A DNA stretch of 64,000 nucleotides from Deltaproteobacteria bacterium. Lineage in GTDB: Bacteria > Myxococcota_A > Polyangia > Fen-1088. Position 1 is the first letter of the stretch; every line of letters starts with the position of its first letter. Shown one piece after another: positions 12,069-21,497 of this stretch. Location of the stretch: the NCBI GenBank assembly GCA_033763315.1, contig JANRKS010000031.1:192001-256000 (forward strand), given 5' to 3'. The translations under genes and the position numbers were made by a program. The notes beneath the pieces are model-generated. The model saw only the letters and a list, made by a program, of their open reading frames with translations. It had not been told where the DNA came from and ran no database searches.

Positions 12069-13841
12069 TCACAAGCCTGCGGGCAAGCCGTCGCCACGCA
12101 CTTCGGCCGCGGCCTCGAAGCCCTTATCGGTGCGCACCACCACGTTCACCTTCGTCAGTTGATCGCGCGGCTGCGTTTTGTGCCCGCGCTTTTCAAGCGC
12201 CTTGATGACGTCCACGGGCAGTTCCGGTTCGTACATCAACAGCTCAGGCATCCACTGGTGGTGGATGCGCGGCGCCGACGACGCCGCTTGGGCGTCCATG
12301 CCAAAGTCCACGATGTTGAGCAACACCTGCAACGTGCCGCTGATGATCGTGGGGCCGCCCGCGCCGCCCACGGCTATCTTTACTCCCTTGTCATCGAACA
12401 CCAACGTGGGCGTCATCGATGATAACGGGCGCTTGTGTGGCGCCACGGCGTTCTTCTCGGTGCCCAACAAACGAAAGGCATTTTCCACGCCCGGCTTCAT
12501 TGCAAAATCATCCATCTGGTTGTTGAGCACGATGCCGTACCGTTCGCTGACCAGGTGCGCGCCAAACCAAAGGTTCACCGTGGTGGTCAACGCCACGGCG
12601 TTGCCTTCTTCGTCGATCACGGAAAGGTGTGCGGTGCCGCCATCATTGGGCACGGTGGGGCTTTCACCCGGCCTGCCATACTGGGCGCTGGGCAACACGG
12701 AATCGGGTTTGAAGCGCGCCGCAAGCTCCGCCTGATAGGCGGGCGCCAACAACTTATCGAGCGGCACTTTTACGAAATCGCTGTCGCCCAAGTGGCGCGC
12801 GCGATCGGCGAATCCGTGCTTGAGCGCTTCGGCCAAAGCGTGCAGATAGGCAGAGGAGTTGTGCCCGAGCTCCCTGGGCTTGGCAGCTATGCGTTCCAGG
12901 ATCGCCAACGCCGTGGCCACCACGGTGCCACCCGACGACGAGGGCGGCATTGTAACGATCCGTAAACCACGATAGGTCGTGGTGACGGGCTCACGGTCGC
13001 TGACGGTGTAGTTGCGCAAGTCTTCGGCGGTCATCACACCACCGGCGGCGCGCACGGTGGCAGCGATGTCTTCGCCGATCGCGCCCTGGTAAAACACTTT
13101 CGGGCCCTTTTGGCGCAGCAACGCCAGCGTGCGCCCCAACACCGGCCGGCGCAATCGATCGCCAGGCTTTACCGGCCCTTTGAACGTGAACACTTGGTTG
13201 ATGAACGGATCCTTCGACATCACGTCGTTGATCATCCAAGCCACCCGCGGCGTGGCCGCCACGCCTTGCGTAAGCTTTTCAGCCGGCGCGACACAACGGG
13301 AAAACGGCAGCTTGCCCCAACGTTTCACCATTTCCGAAAGCCCCAACACCTCGCCCGGCACCCCCACCGCCAACCCGCCCTGGCGGGATAGCTTCGGGTC
13401 AGGCTTGCCGTCCTTGAAGAACATCGCGGGCGTGATGGCCGCAGGCGCACGTTCGCGAAAATCGAGCACGTGAACCTGCTTTTCCTTGGCCAGGTAGATC
13501 ACCGCAAAACCTCCACCGCCGATACCGGAGCCATGGGGGTTCACCACCCCCAAGGCCAGCGCCGTGGCACACGCGGCGTCGATCGCGTTGCCTCCTGCTT
13601 TCAACATCACCACGCCGGCTTTTGAGGCCTCGGGATGATCGGAGGCCACGGCGCCGTGGGCCGCCACCAATGGATCGGGCGTGGCCGCGTGCCCCGCAGC
13701 CGATAGGCCCGGGCACCCCAGGAGCGACAGCGTCGACGCCACCAGGCACGCGAAACGATGGCGCCGGGGTGATCTTCGTTGCTGAATCGTTCGGGTAATC
13801 CTCACAGCCGCGCCAAGTGCGTAGTATTGTTGAAGCGCCAT
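12069..13841 (-). CDS. ggt: Gamma-glutamyltransferase (start uncertain)
   Basis: 'GGNAIDAA', 'SGIGGGGF', nucleophile 'GTAHLSVID', 'NNQMDDF', 'KRPLSSMTP'. Confidence 0.95.
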   Translation of the reverse strand: MALQQYYALGAAVRITRTIQQRRSPRRHRFACLVASTLSLLGCPGLSAAGHAATPDPLVAAHGAVASDHPEASKAGVVMLKAGGNAIDAACATALALGVVNPHGSGIGGGGFAVIYLAKEKQVHVLDFRERAPAAITPAMFFKDGKPDPKLSRQGGLAVGVPGEVLGLSEMVKRWGKLPFSRCVAPAEKLTQGVAATPRVAWMINDVMSKDPFINQVFTFKGPVKPGDRLRRPVLGRTLALLRQKGPKVFYQGAIGEDIAATVRAAGGVMTAEDLRNYTVSDREPVTTTYRGLRIVTMPPSSSGGTVVATALAILERIAAKPRELGHNSSAYLHALAEALKHGFADRARHLGDSDFVKVPLDKLLAPAYQAELAARFKPDSVLPSAQYGRPGESPTVPNDGGTAHLSVIDEEGNAVALTTTVNLWFGAHLVSERYGIVLNNQMDDFAMKPGVENAFRLLGTEKNAVAPHKRPLSSMTPTLVFDDKGVKIAVGGAGGPTIISGTLQVLLNIVDFGMDAQAASSAPRIHHQWMPELLMYEPELPVDVIKALEKRGHKTQPRDQLTKVNVVVRTDKGFEAAAEVRGDGLPAGL

Positions 13842-13885
13842 CCCCGTGGGCGTATACCAGGGGCCTGGCGATCGGGCGACCGCTG

Positions 13886-16222
13886 ATGGTTCAATCAGGA
13901 AATAGCGACGGGGCAAAGCTTCAATTGCGAATCAAGTTTCGCAGTGAAGATCTGGAAGGTTTTGTTGAACGTTACGGCACGGATGTAAGTCCTGGCGGGA
14001 TCTTCATTCGTTCTCGCCAGCCGTTGGCGGTGGGCACGCGTGTGGTGTTTGCGTTTTCGTTGATGAATGGCGTCCCCGTTCTCAACGGCGAAGGAACCAT
14101 CGTTTGGGTGCGGCAGCCTGAAGGGGAAACGGGCGGCAACCCCGGCATGGGCATCCGCTTCGATGTCCTTAATGACGAAAGCCGCATGAAGTTGTCGCGC
14201 ATTTTGGAGGCGAAAGCCGCGCGCGAAAAATCCGGCAAGCCACCGATGCGGGGCCCCACGCCCATCCCTGACGGGCCGTTTGGTGGCGCCTCTTTGGCAA
14301 GCGCGCCCTCGGACGCCACGGCAAAGGTGCGGCTGACGCCCGACGGCCAAATCGTGCAGGATATGCCTGTGCCTCGACCTTCGTCGGTGCAGCCATCGGT
14401 GCCTGGCTATACGGCGCCCATTCCCAGCCCTTCGGGCCCGGCGCCTTCGAAGCCCTACGCCTCCAGCCTTTCGAACCCGCAAATGTCGTTGCCGCGGCCG
14501 CCCCAGCCAACGCCCACGCTGCCCGACCGCGACCGCACCCGCCTGACCCCGCCTCCAGCAGAGGCCTTGCGCCGATCAACGCCGGCGCTGGGCACAGAAA
14601 CCAGCCCCCAACCTTTTGCTCCCTCGAAGACGTTGGGCAACGCCGCGGCGCCTGTCTTGGGGCCGGGGGGCAGCGTTGTGCGAACCCCGCAAAGTCTTCC
14701 CAATCGATCGCCCACGCCGGCCTTCGGCACGGACGTCACACGGGGGGCCGGTGGCGCGGCTTTCTCGTCCACGATGGCGTTTGGGCAAGAGCCAACCCGC
14801 TCGGCGGAAGCCGGCTTGCGGGCCGAGCCCACCCGTGGTGTGACGCCCGCCCCCGATTTACTTCGTCGGGCCACGCCGCCTCCGGTGCCAGTGACGCCGC
14901 CACCGTCTGTGTTTTCACGTCCCACGCCGGTTCCTGGTGTGCCGCTGGCGGATTTGCGTTCAGGCGCCCGCAGCGGTCCGGTGGTCAATCGACCCACGGG
15001 CAGCCGCCCCGCCGTTGTCGATCCTCCTCCGCAGCCCTCCCCGGCGGCCAGCGCTTGGTCCAGCGAGAAAACAGAAATCGTCGAAGATCTTCCGCGTTTC
15101 GACGAGATGGACGAGAAGACCACGACCGTGCGTGGCCAAACTTTGGCGGCACAAGAAGGTTTCGGTGACGGGTTTGGTGAAGGCGTTGGCGCCAACCGTG
15201 AAGCCATCGTTCATCAGCAGCCCACGCGTCCCGAGCTGGCCACGCAACCGGCGGCCTCGCCACCTGAAGTGGCGACCAAGAGCTTCCCCTCAATGCCTGT
15301 GTTGCTGGACCTGTTTGAGGGTGAGCAATTGCCGGAGCCAGGGGAATCATCACCCCTCATGCCCGCTGCGGACGAGTTTGGCCGCGTTGAATCTACCGGT
15401 CGGGGTCCACGCGTGACCCCGGTGCCGGGCGCGAGCATGATCGCGCGGAAGGTGGAAACCACCGAATTTCGAGTTCAAAAGCGCCGGCCGGTGTTGTGGC
15501 TTGTGTTTGGTGGCGTGGCTGTTGCCGCGGGTGTTTTCGCCGTAACCAACTACGTGGACAGCCAGCGGCCAAACCCACCCGTTGCCAACCTGGCCCCACC
15601 GGCTCCCGAACCGCCTGCCCCCGCCGCAGAGGTCCCCAAAGCCGCTCCACCACCGGTTGCGGAACCCGCGGCCCCGGAACCCGCGGCCGCCGCCGAGGCA
15701 CCCGCTGCCGCGCCCGAGCCCGCTCCCGCACCGCCTGACCCTAAGCCAATGGCCGCGAAGGTGGCCCCTGTGGCACCGGAAGCGCCCAAGCCCGCCAAGC
15801 CCATTGCGGCCAAACCTGTGGTGGCCGTGCGTCCCGCCCCGCGGCCTGTGGCCCCTGCGCCCAAGCCAGCGGCGGCCGCGCCTGTGCCCGCCGAGCCTGA
15901 CGCCGATGCCGTGTATTGGCTGCGCGTGCGGTCCACGCCGCCTGGCGCTGATGTTTACCTTGACGGCGAGTTGGAAGGCCAAACGCCGTTCCAACGGCGC
16001 ATCTTCGATTCCACCCGCCCTTATGCGATCTCCGTGCGCAAAGAGGGATTTGAATCCGCTGAGCGCATGATCAGCGCTTCGGATCCGTGGACCAAGGTGA
16101 GAAACGAATACCTGCTCACCTTGACATTGAAGCTGCGCAAAACAGCGGCGGAGCCCGCGGCACCCGCAGAGCCCGCAGGTGTAGAAGCTCCGGCGGCCCC
16201 TGAAAGCGCGCCAGCCCCTTAA
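13886..16222 (+). CDS. TIGR02266/PilZ-like domain, Pro-rich linker, TM helix and PEGA domain
   Basis: 'DVSPGGIFIRS...GMGIRF'; TM 'VLWLVFGGVAVAAGVFAV'; PEGA 'VRSTPPGADVYLDG...GQTP'. Confidence 0.8.
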   Translation: MVQSGNSDGAKLQLRIKFRSEDLEGFVERYGTDVSPGGIFIRSRQPLAVGTRVVFAFSLMNGVPVLNGEGTIVWVRQPEGETGGNPGMGIRFDVLNDESRMKLSRILEAKAAREKSGKPPMRGPTPIPDGPFGGASLASAPSDATAKVRLTPDGQIVQDMPVPRPSSVQPSVPGYTAPIPSPSGPAPSKPYASSLSNPQMSLPRPPQPTPTLPDRDRTRLTPPPAEALRRSTPALGTETSPQPFAPSKTLGNAAAPVLGPGGSVVRTPQSLPNRSPTPAFGTDVTRGAGGAAFSSTMAFGQEPTRSAEAGLRAEPTRGVTPAPDLLRRATPPPVPVTPPPSVFSRPTPVPGVPLADLRSGARSGPVVNRPTGSRPAVVDPPPQPSPAASAWSSEKTEIVEDLPRFDEMDEKTTTVRGQTLAAQEGFGDGFGEGVGANREAIVHQQPTRPELATQPAASPPEVATKSFPSMPVLLDLFEGEQLPEPGESSPLMPAADEFGRVESTGRGPRVTPVPGASMIARKVETTEFRVQKRRPVLWLVFGGVAVAAGVFAVTNYVDSQRPNPPVANLAPPAPEPPAPAAEVPKAAPPPVAEPAAPEPAAAAEAPAAAPEPAPAPPDPKPMAAKVAPVAPEAPKPAKPIAAKPVVAVRPAPRPVAPAPKPAAAAPVPAEPDADAVYWLRVRSTPPGADVYLDGELEGQTPFQRRIFDSTRPYAISVRKEGFESAERMISASDPWTKVRNEYLLTLTLKLRKTAAEPAAPAEPAGVEAPAAPESAPAP

Positions 16223-16229
16223 TTCGAGG

Positions 16230-17408
16230 GTGTGCACAATGCAGCGGCGCGGGCGATGCAAGGCAATCTCGGCTGGCGCCCTCGGCGTGCTGCTTGCGCT
16301 TGGCGCGGGGTGCACCAAAACGCAGCCGCGGTTTCCAAAAGCGGTGCATGGGTTCGCCCGCATCGACACGCACATGCACCTGGATCCACGCGCTGTGGAC
16401 CGCACGCTGGCTCTGATGGATCGCTGGGGCATTGATGGCGCCATCAATCTTTCGGGCATGCACCCAGGCCCGCCTCGGCACGCGCTTGAGATGCAACTGG
16501 AGGCGGCGGCCAAGACAAACGGCCGCGTGGCGGTGTTCATGACCCCGTCGTTTGTGGCCGCCGTGAAGAACTTCCCCAACAGCTATGGCGCCGCGATGGC
16601 CGAGCAACTGGCAGAGGGCAAACGGCTGGGCGCCATCGGCTTGAAGATCACGAAGGGCCTGGGCCTGGGTTACCCGGCGCCCGACATGCAAACGCTGTTG
16701 GCCGTCGACGACCCAGGCTTGGATCCTTTGTTCGAGAAGGCGGGCGAGCTGGGCATGCCGGTGGCCATTCACACGGGAGATCCAAAGGCGTTCTGGGAAA
16801 AGCCCGACGAATCCAATGAACGCCTCGATGAGTTGAAGGCCCATCCCGGTTGGTCGCTGCACGGCGAGCCGGTGCCTTCGTGGCAGGAGTTGCTGCTGCA
16901 GTTCGAGCACCGCGTGGCCCGCCACCCCAAAACCACCTTCATCGGCGTTCACTTTGGGAACGCTCCTGAAGAGCCCCAGCGGGTGGCCGCGATGCTCGAC
17001 AAATACCCCAACCTTTTCATCGACACCGCCGCGCGGGTGCCGGCCATTGGCCGCCACAGCGCCGAGCAGATGCGCGCCTTCTTCATCAAGTACCAGGACC
17101 GCATCCTGTTCGCCACAGACACGGCCGTGGGCCCCACGCAGGACGAAATGATGTACGGGTCAAATGGCGCCGAACCGCCCACTTTGGCCGACGAATCCCG
17201 TTTCTTTGAGCAGACCTACAGGTATTTCGAGACCAACGAAAAGAACTTTGAGCACCCGACCGCCATCCAGGGCCGCTGGAGGATCGACGGTTTGGGCCTG
17301 CCAGACGCCGTTCTTAAGAAGCTGTACTTCGAGAATGCCGCCCGCGTCCTTCACTGGCGCCCTGGCCCCCAAAAAAATCCACCCACGCCAAGCTTGACTG
17401 ATCGCTGA
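16230..17408 (+). CDS. Amidohydrolase-family lipoprotein
   Basis: 'IDTHMH', 'PVAIHTGD', 'DRILFATD'; lipobox-like 'LGAGC'. Confidence 0.85.
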   Translation: MCTMQRRGRCKAISAGALGVLLALGAGCTKTQPRFPKAVHGFARIDTHMHLDPRAVDRTLALMDRWGIDGAINLSGMHPGPPRHALEMQLEAAAKTNGRVAVFMTPSFVAAVKNFPNSYGAAMAEQLAEGKRLGAIGLKITKGLGLGYPAPDMQTLLAVDDPGLDPLFEKAGELGMPVAIHTGDPKAFWEKPDESNERLDELKAHPGWSLHGEPVPSWQELLLQFEHRVARHPKTTFIGVHFGNAPEEPQRVAAMLDKYPNLFIDTAARVPAIGRHSAEQMRAFFIKYQDRILFATDTAVGPTQDEMMYGSNGAEPPTLADESRFFEQTYRYFETNEKNFEHPTAIQGRWRIDGLGLPDAVLKKLYFENAARVLHWRPGPQKNPPTPSLTDR

Positions 17409-17433
17409 AAAGAAACATAATCACGCTCCCTAT

Positions 17434-17508
17434 TCCGGAGTAGCTCAGTGGCAGAGCAGTCGGCTGTTAACCGACTGGTCGTAGGTTCGAACCCTACCTC
17501 CGGAGCCA
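17434..17508 (+). tRNA. tRNA-Asn (GTT)
   Basis: Acceptor stem TCCGGAG/CTCCGGA; anticodon stem GTCGG/CCGAC with loop CTGTTAA; GGTTCGAA T-arm; encoded CCA. Confidence 0.98.
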
Positions 17509-17885
17509 TCTGTTCCCGAAAACCGAAACGCCGACCTTGCGGTTAACGCGAGGGGCGCTGTGAGAGAATGATGATTCGTAGTTTTCCGCGGAGTTTTGGA
17601 GAGATTCGATTGCGGCGCTTTTGGGCCCGCGCTCTCCACGGAGAATGAGCCGTGCTTTCGCGGGTGTTGGGGGCGGGGTGGGGCGGTGAATCTCTCTCCG
17701 TTTGCGCATTTCTCGCGCGGAGAAAAATGGAGAGAGTTAACACAGCCGCGCGTTGATCTGGATGTTCTCTGTTGTGGCGCGGATCCGTGGGTGGGCAAGC
17801 GGGACGGGCGTGTCCCGCCTGCAAGTACAGCAGCGACGGTTTTCGAATCGACCTTTCTCGGTTAACGGCCCGAGCGGTTAACAGG
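17509..17885 (+). repeat. Conserved island-end sequence, copy 1 (candidate structured ncRNA or attachment arm)
   Basis: Colinear homology to 32619-32994, including a 40-nt identical block (17519-17558 = 32629-32668) and a 33-nt identical block; several hairpins. Confidence 0.9.
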
Positions 17886-18104
17886 TCGCCGGATTCCCGA
17901 CAGAGGTGCGTTGATCGCTATTCGCGGCGTTGCGAGTGCGCGCGTAAAGGACGTAGAAACCCAGCATCCCTCACAGTGCGGAGTTTTCCCTGTTCGAATG
18001 GCGCCAGCCCTCGGGGGCGCACCTTGTCGCCTAGCGCCGCGCGCACTAGCGGGCTAGCTCGCAAGTAAAACTCATTAGCTACACTCTCGGCAAGAGCCTT
18101 TGAC

Positions 18105-18815
18105 ATGGACGAACCTCACGATGCCCCCGACGCTTTCCCCGCGCTCAATGAAGCTGTGTTCCGAGTTCCTTCCTTATCGCAGCTTCAACCCGAACAAAGG
18201 TTCGCCCACGCTCCCAGATTTTTGCTGCTTTATGGCTCTCTTCGGGAGAGATCATTCAGCCGACTTCTCGTGGAAGAAGCTGCCCGGTTATTGAGGCGGA
18301 TGGGAGGCGAGACGCGTATTTATGATCCGCGCGGTTTACCTCAACCAGATGGCGCACCGAAAGACCACCCCAAGGTGGTTGAGTTGCTGGAGGCTTCATT
18401 GTGGTCCGAAGGCCAGGTTTGGTGCAGCCCTGAACGGCACGGCTCGCCCACCGGAATATTCAAAAGCCAGATCGATTGGCTGCCGCTTGAATCTGGTGGC
18501 GTACGTCCTACGCAAGGGCGCACCTTGGCCGTGATGCAAGTCAATGCTGGCTCGCAATCGTTCAACACTGTAAACGCGCTGCGTGTTCTAGGACGGTGGA
18601 TGCGCATGATCACAATCCCGAATCAATCGTCAGTGCCAAAAGCGTTCGAAGAGTTTGACGCTGCTGGACGGATGAAACCGTCACCCTATTACGATCGCCT
18701 CGTGGATGTGATGGAGGAACTCTATAGGTTCACTGTCCTCACCCGTGAGGTGGCTCCCGCGCTTGTGGACCGATACAGTGAGCGGAAGACGCCCACGACG
18801 CCTGTGAAACTCTGA
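18105..18815 (+). CDS. arsH: Arsenical resistance protein ArsH
   Basis: '[11 protein letters not shown]', '[14 protein letters not shown]', 'GSQSFNTVN', 'IPNQSSV'. Confidence 0.95.
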   Translation: MDEPHDAPDAFPALNEAVFRVPSLSQLQPEQRFAHAPRFLLLYGSLRERSFSRLLVEEAARLLRRMGGETRIYDPRGLPQPDGAPKDHPKVVELLEASLWSEGQVWCSPERHGSPTGIFKSQIDWLPLESGGVRPTQGRTLAVMQVNAGSQSFNTVNALRVLGRWMRMITIPNQSSVPKAFEEFDAAGRMKPSPYYDRLVDVMEELYRFTVLTREVAPALVDRYSERKTPTTPVKL

Positions 18816-18843
18816 ATTAGCCTTCGTGCGCACGAGTTGCTAA

Positions 18844-18859
18844 ATCGTATTATTCCGAT
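18844..18859. promoter_or_regulatory. Putative ArsR operator upstream of arsC
   Basis: ATCGTATTATTCCGAT, resembles the palindrome at 19313; lies between TTGCTA and TAGGCT promoter-like hexamers. Confidence 0.55.
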
Positions 18860-18871
18860 AGGCTCGCCCGC

Positions 18872-19288
18872 ATGAAGAGCATCCTTTTTCTGTGTGTTGC
18901 CAACTCGGCACGAAGCCAAATGGCCGAGGGTCTGGCGCGGTGGTTGTTCAGCAGCGACGTTTCTGTGCAGAGCGCAGGCAGTGAACCAACCAAAGTGAAT
19001 CCCTATGCCATCGAAGTGATGCGTGAGCTTGGCGTCAATCTAGAAACTCAGCACTCTAAATCGGTTCAGTCGATCGATCCATCTACGGTAGGAACAGTCA
19101 TTACCCTGTGCACCGAAGAGGTCTGCCCCGTCTTCCTGGGCCAGGCGCGCCGCCTGCATTGGCCCATTCCTGACCCGGCCAGCAAAGATGCTTCCCTTCC
19201 GCGTGACGAAATGTTGGCCCGCTTCCGCACCGCCCGGGACACGATTCGCGAAATGCTTACGCGGTTTAAGCGGGAAGAGGGTCTTTAG
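18872..19288 (+). CDS. arsC: Arsenate reductase (LMW-PTP/thioredoxin type)
   Basis: P-loop '[12 protein letters not shown]', 'LCTEEVCP', 'HWPIPDP'. Confidence 0.92.
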   Translation: MKSILFLCVANSARSQMAEGLARWLFSSDVSVQSAGSEPTKVNPYAIEVMRELGVNLETQHSKSVQSIDPSTVGTVITLCTEEVCPVFLGQARRLHWPIPDPASKDASLPRDEMLARFRTARDTIREMLTRFKREEGL

Positions 19289-19312
19289 TTGACGATGAGG
19301 GGTAGTTTGCTA

Positions 19313-19328
19313 ATCGTACTTCTACGAT
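19313..19328. promoter_or_regulatory. Putative ArsR operator overlapping the arsR start
   Basis: Perfect inverted repeat ATCGTA-CTTC-TACGAT. Confidence 0.6.
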
Positions 19329-19668
19329 GACTGAGACCTCGCCTGGAGTTTGTTGTCCCGCCCCCAGTTCGCAACCCGACCTTCGCCCGGTGGAGGGTCC
19401 AGAAGCTGACGAAGAGCTGGCGACCTTGGCTAAGGCCATTGGCCACCCGGCGCGCGTTCAGATCCTGCGGCTTTTGACCACGAAAACTTCGTGCGTATGC
19501 GGTGACATTGTGGACGAGTTGCCTCTGGCCCAGTCAACGGTTTCGCAACACTTAAAGGTGCTTAAGGAGGCCGGGCTTATTCGCGGTGACGTGGACGGTC
19601 CGCGTGTTTGTTACTGCATAGAGCCTCGTGCCATGCGGCGTCTCAAAGTATTGATCGCTGGAATGTGA
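19327..19668 (+). CDS. arsR: ArsR/SmtB transcriptional repressor
   Basis: '[12 protein letters not shown]', 'CVCGDIV', '[12 protein letters not shown]'; N-terminal CC. Confidence 0.93.
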   Translation: MTETSPGVCCPAPSSQPDLRPVEGPEADEELATLAKAIGHPARVQILRLLTTKTSCVCGDIVDELPLAQSTVSQHLKVLKEAGLIRGDVDGPRVCYCIEPRAMRRLKVLIAGM

Positions 19669-19675
19669 ATGAATC

Positions 19676-20764
19676 ATGACTTCTGATGCTGGTTTGCTTC
19701 GAAAACTGTCCTTCCTTGATCGCTATCTGACGCTCTGGATCTTCCTGGCGATGGGTTTCGGTGTGGGGCTGGGTCTTGTTGCGCCGGGCTTCACCCAGGC
19801 GTTGAACAACATGAGTGTGGGAACAACATCGATTCCGATCGCCATTGGCCTCGTTCTGATGATGTACCCACCCCTCGCCAAGGTCCGTTACGAAGAACTA
19901 GGGGAAGTGTTTCGCAACAAGCGGGTGTTGGCGCTTTCTTTGGTTCAAAACTGGGTTATCGGTCCAGTTCTGATGTTCGGCCTTGCGGTGATCTTCCTGC
20001 ACGACAAGCCCGAGTACATGCTTGGCCTGATTTTGATCGGTCTTGCCCGCTGCATTGCCATGGTCATCGTCTGGAACGATTTGGCCAAAGGCGATACTGA
20101 ATATTGCGCAGGTCTGGTTGCCCTTAATTCGATCTTCCAGGTTCTGTTTTTCTCGGTGTACGCGTATTTCTTTGCGACCTTGCTGCCCACGTGGTTGGGC
20201 CTGAAAAGCGCGATCGTGCATATCAGCATCGCAGAGATAGCGAAAAGCGTAGCCATCTACCTTGGCTTGCCCTTCTCGTTGGGGTTCCTGACGCGTAAGG
20301 TGCTCGTCCGGGCGAAGGGGCGACCATGGTACGAAAAGACTTTCGTACCGCGCATCAGCCCTATTACCCTCGCGTCGTTGCTGTTCACGATCGTCGTCAT
20401 GTTTTCGCTCAAGGGCGAAACGATCGTGCAGCTTCCGCTCGACGTACTGCGCATCGCAGTGCCGCTATTCATCTACTTCGTTGTGATGTTTGCGGTGTCG
20501 TTCTTCATGAGTCGACGCGTGGGCGCCGATTACAAGCAAACGGTCACACTTTCTTTCACTGCTGCGTCCAACAACTTCGAGCTGGCCATCGCGGTTGCAA
20601 TTGCCAGCTTTGGCATTCACAGCGGCGCAGCACTCGCGGCCGTCATTGGTCCCCTGGTGGAGGTGCCGGTGCTCATCGGGTTGGTAAACGTCGCCTTGTG
20701 GGCGCAAAAACGCTACTTCCCAAGAGCGGCTGTGGTAGCGCCTGCGTGCGCGGTCCCCCAATAG
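19676..20764 (+). CDS. acr3: ACR3-family arsenite efflux transporter
   Basis: '[13 protein letters not shown]', 'MMYPPLAKV', 'ARCIAMV', '[11 protein letters not shown]', 'GPLVEVPVL'. Confidence 0.96.
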   Translation: MTSDAGLLRKLSFLDRYLTLWIFLAMGFGVGLGLVAPGFTQALNNMSVGTTSIPIAIGLVLMMYPPLAKVRYEELGEVFRNKRVLALSLVQNWVIGPVLMFGLAVIFLHDKPEYMLGLILIGLARCIAMVIVWNDLAKGDTEYCAGLVALNSIFQVLFFSVYAYFFATLLPTWLGLKSAIVHISIAEIAKSVAIYLGLPFSLGFLTRKVLVRAKGRPWYEKTFVPRISPITLASLLFTIVVMFSLKGETIVQLPLDVLRIAVPLFIYFVVMFAVSFFMSRRVGADYKQTVTLSFTAASNNFELAIAVAIASFGIHSGAALAAVIGPLVEVPVLIGLVNVALWAQKRYFPRAAVVAPACAVPQ

Positions 20765-20856
20765 TCAATGTCAAACAATCAACATCGGATGCAGGTTTGA
20801 AGAAGAGAGTTGATGTAAAAGCAGCGTGCCTATTTATGTGACGGTATGCTCTGTAC

Positions 20857-21480
20857 ATGGACGAGTGCTGCGGTGGGAAAGCAGATGAACTTGCTGCGCT
20901 AGATCGTGGGGCTCGTCGGCGCGTGTTGCAGATTGTGTTGGCCATCAATGTGTTGATGTTCGTGGTGGAGTTTGTCGCCGGACTGTCTGCTCGCTCCTCA
21001 GCGCTAATGGCTGACAGCGTTGACATGCTGGGCGATGCTTTCGTCTATGTGCTGAGCCTTTATGCCCTCAACCGGTCGGCAGCTTGGAAAGGGGGTGCCG
21101 CGATCGCGAAGGGCGGTGCCATGCTGTTTCTGGGACTGGGGATCGCCGTCGAAGTCGTTGACAAAATTCGTCACGGAGTGGTGCCGACGTCCAGCCTCAT
21201 GGCGGGCTTTGGCGCGCTGGCCCTGTTTGCAAACCTAACTTGTCTTGCTCTGCTGTGGGGGCACCGGCGCGCAGATGTCAACATGAGCAGCACATTCGAG
21301 TGCTCACGGAACGACGTTCTTGCGAATTTAGGAGTCTTGATCGCCGCCGCAGGCGTCTCACTGACGGGGCGAGCCTGGCCAGATATTCTAGCGGGGGCAG
21401 TGGTAGCAGCGCTCTTTCTGCGATCGGCTGCACGCGTGATCGCACGAGCTTGGCCGGTGTTTCGCAATCGCCTAGCGTAG
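20857..21480 (+). CDS. CDF-like cation transporter lacking the C-terminal domain
   Basis: 'SSALMADSVDMLGD', 'CSRND', 'WPD'; N-terminal CC. Confidence 0.85.
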   Translation: MDECCGGKADELAALDRGARRRVLQIVLAINVLMFVVEFVAGLSARSSALMADSVDMLGDAFVYVLSLYALNRSAAWKGGAAIAKGGAMLFLGLGIAVEVVDKIRHGVVPTSSLMAGFGALALFANLTCLALLWGHRRADVNMSSTFECSRNDVLANLGVLIAAAGVSLTGRAWPDILAGAVVAALFLRSAARVIARAWPVFRNRLA

Positions 21481-21497
21481 TGCTCGTGTGGCCGATG

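Noticed and set aside
15590-15900. Apparent short tandem repeats (gcccc/gaaccc)
   Set aside because: Explained by the Pro-Ala-Glu linker codons of the PEGA protein.
15350-16579. 409-aa minus-strand ORF and other ORFs over the Pro/Ala-rich region
   Set aside because: Antisense shadows of GC-rich low-complexity coding sequence; no motifs.
17445-17865. ORFs across the tRNA and conserved end, with similar peptides at 32706-33177 (e.g. 'ALSTENEPCFRGCW')
   Set aside because: The similarity comes from the DNA repeat; reading frames and lengths are not conserved between copies, and one ORF is antisense to the tRNA.
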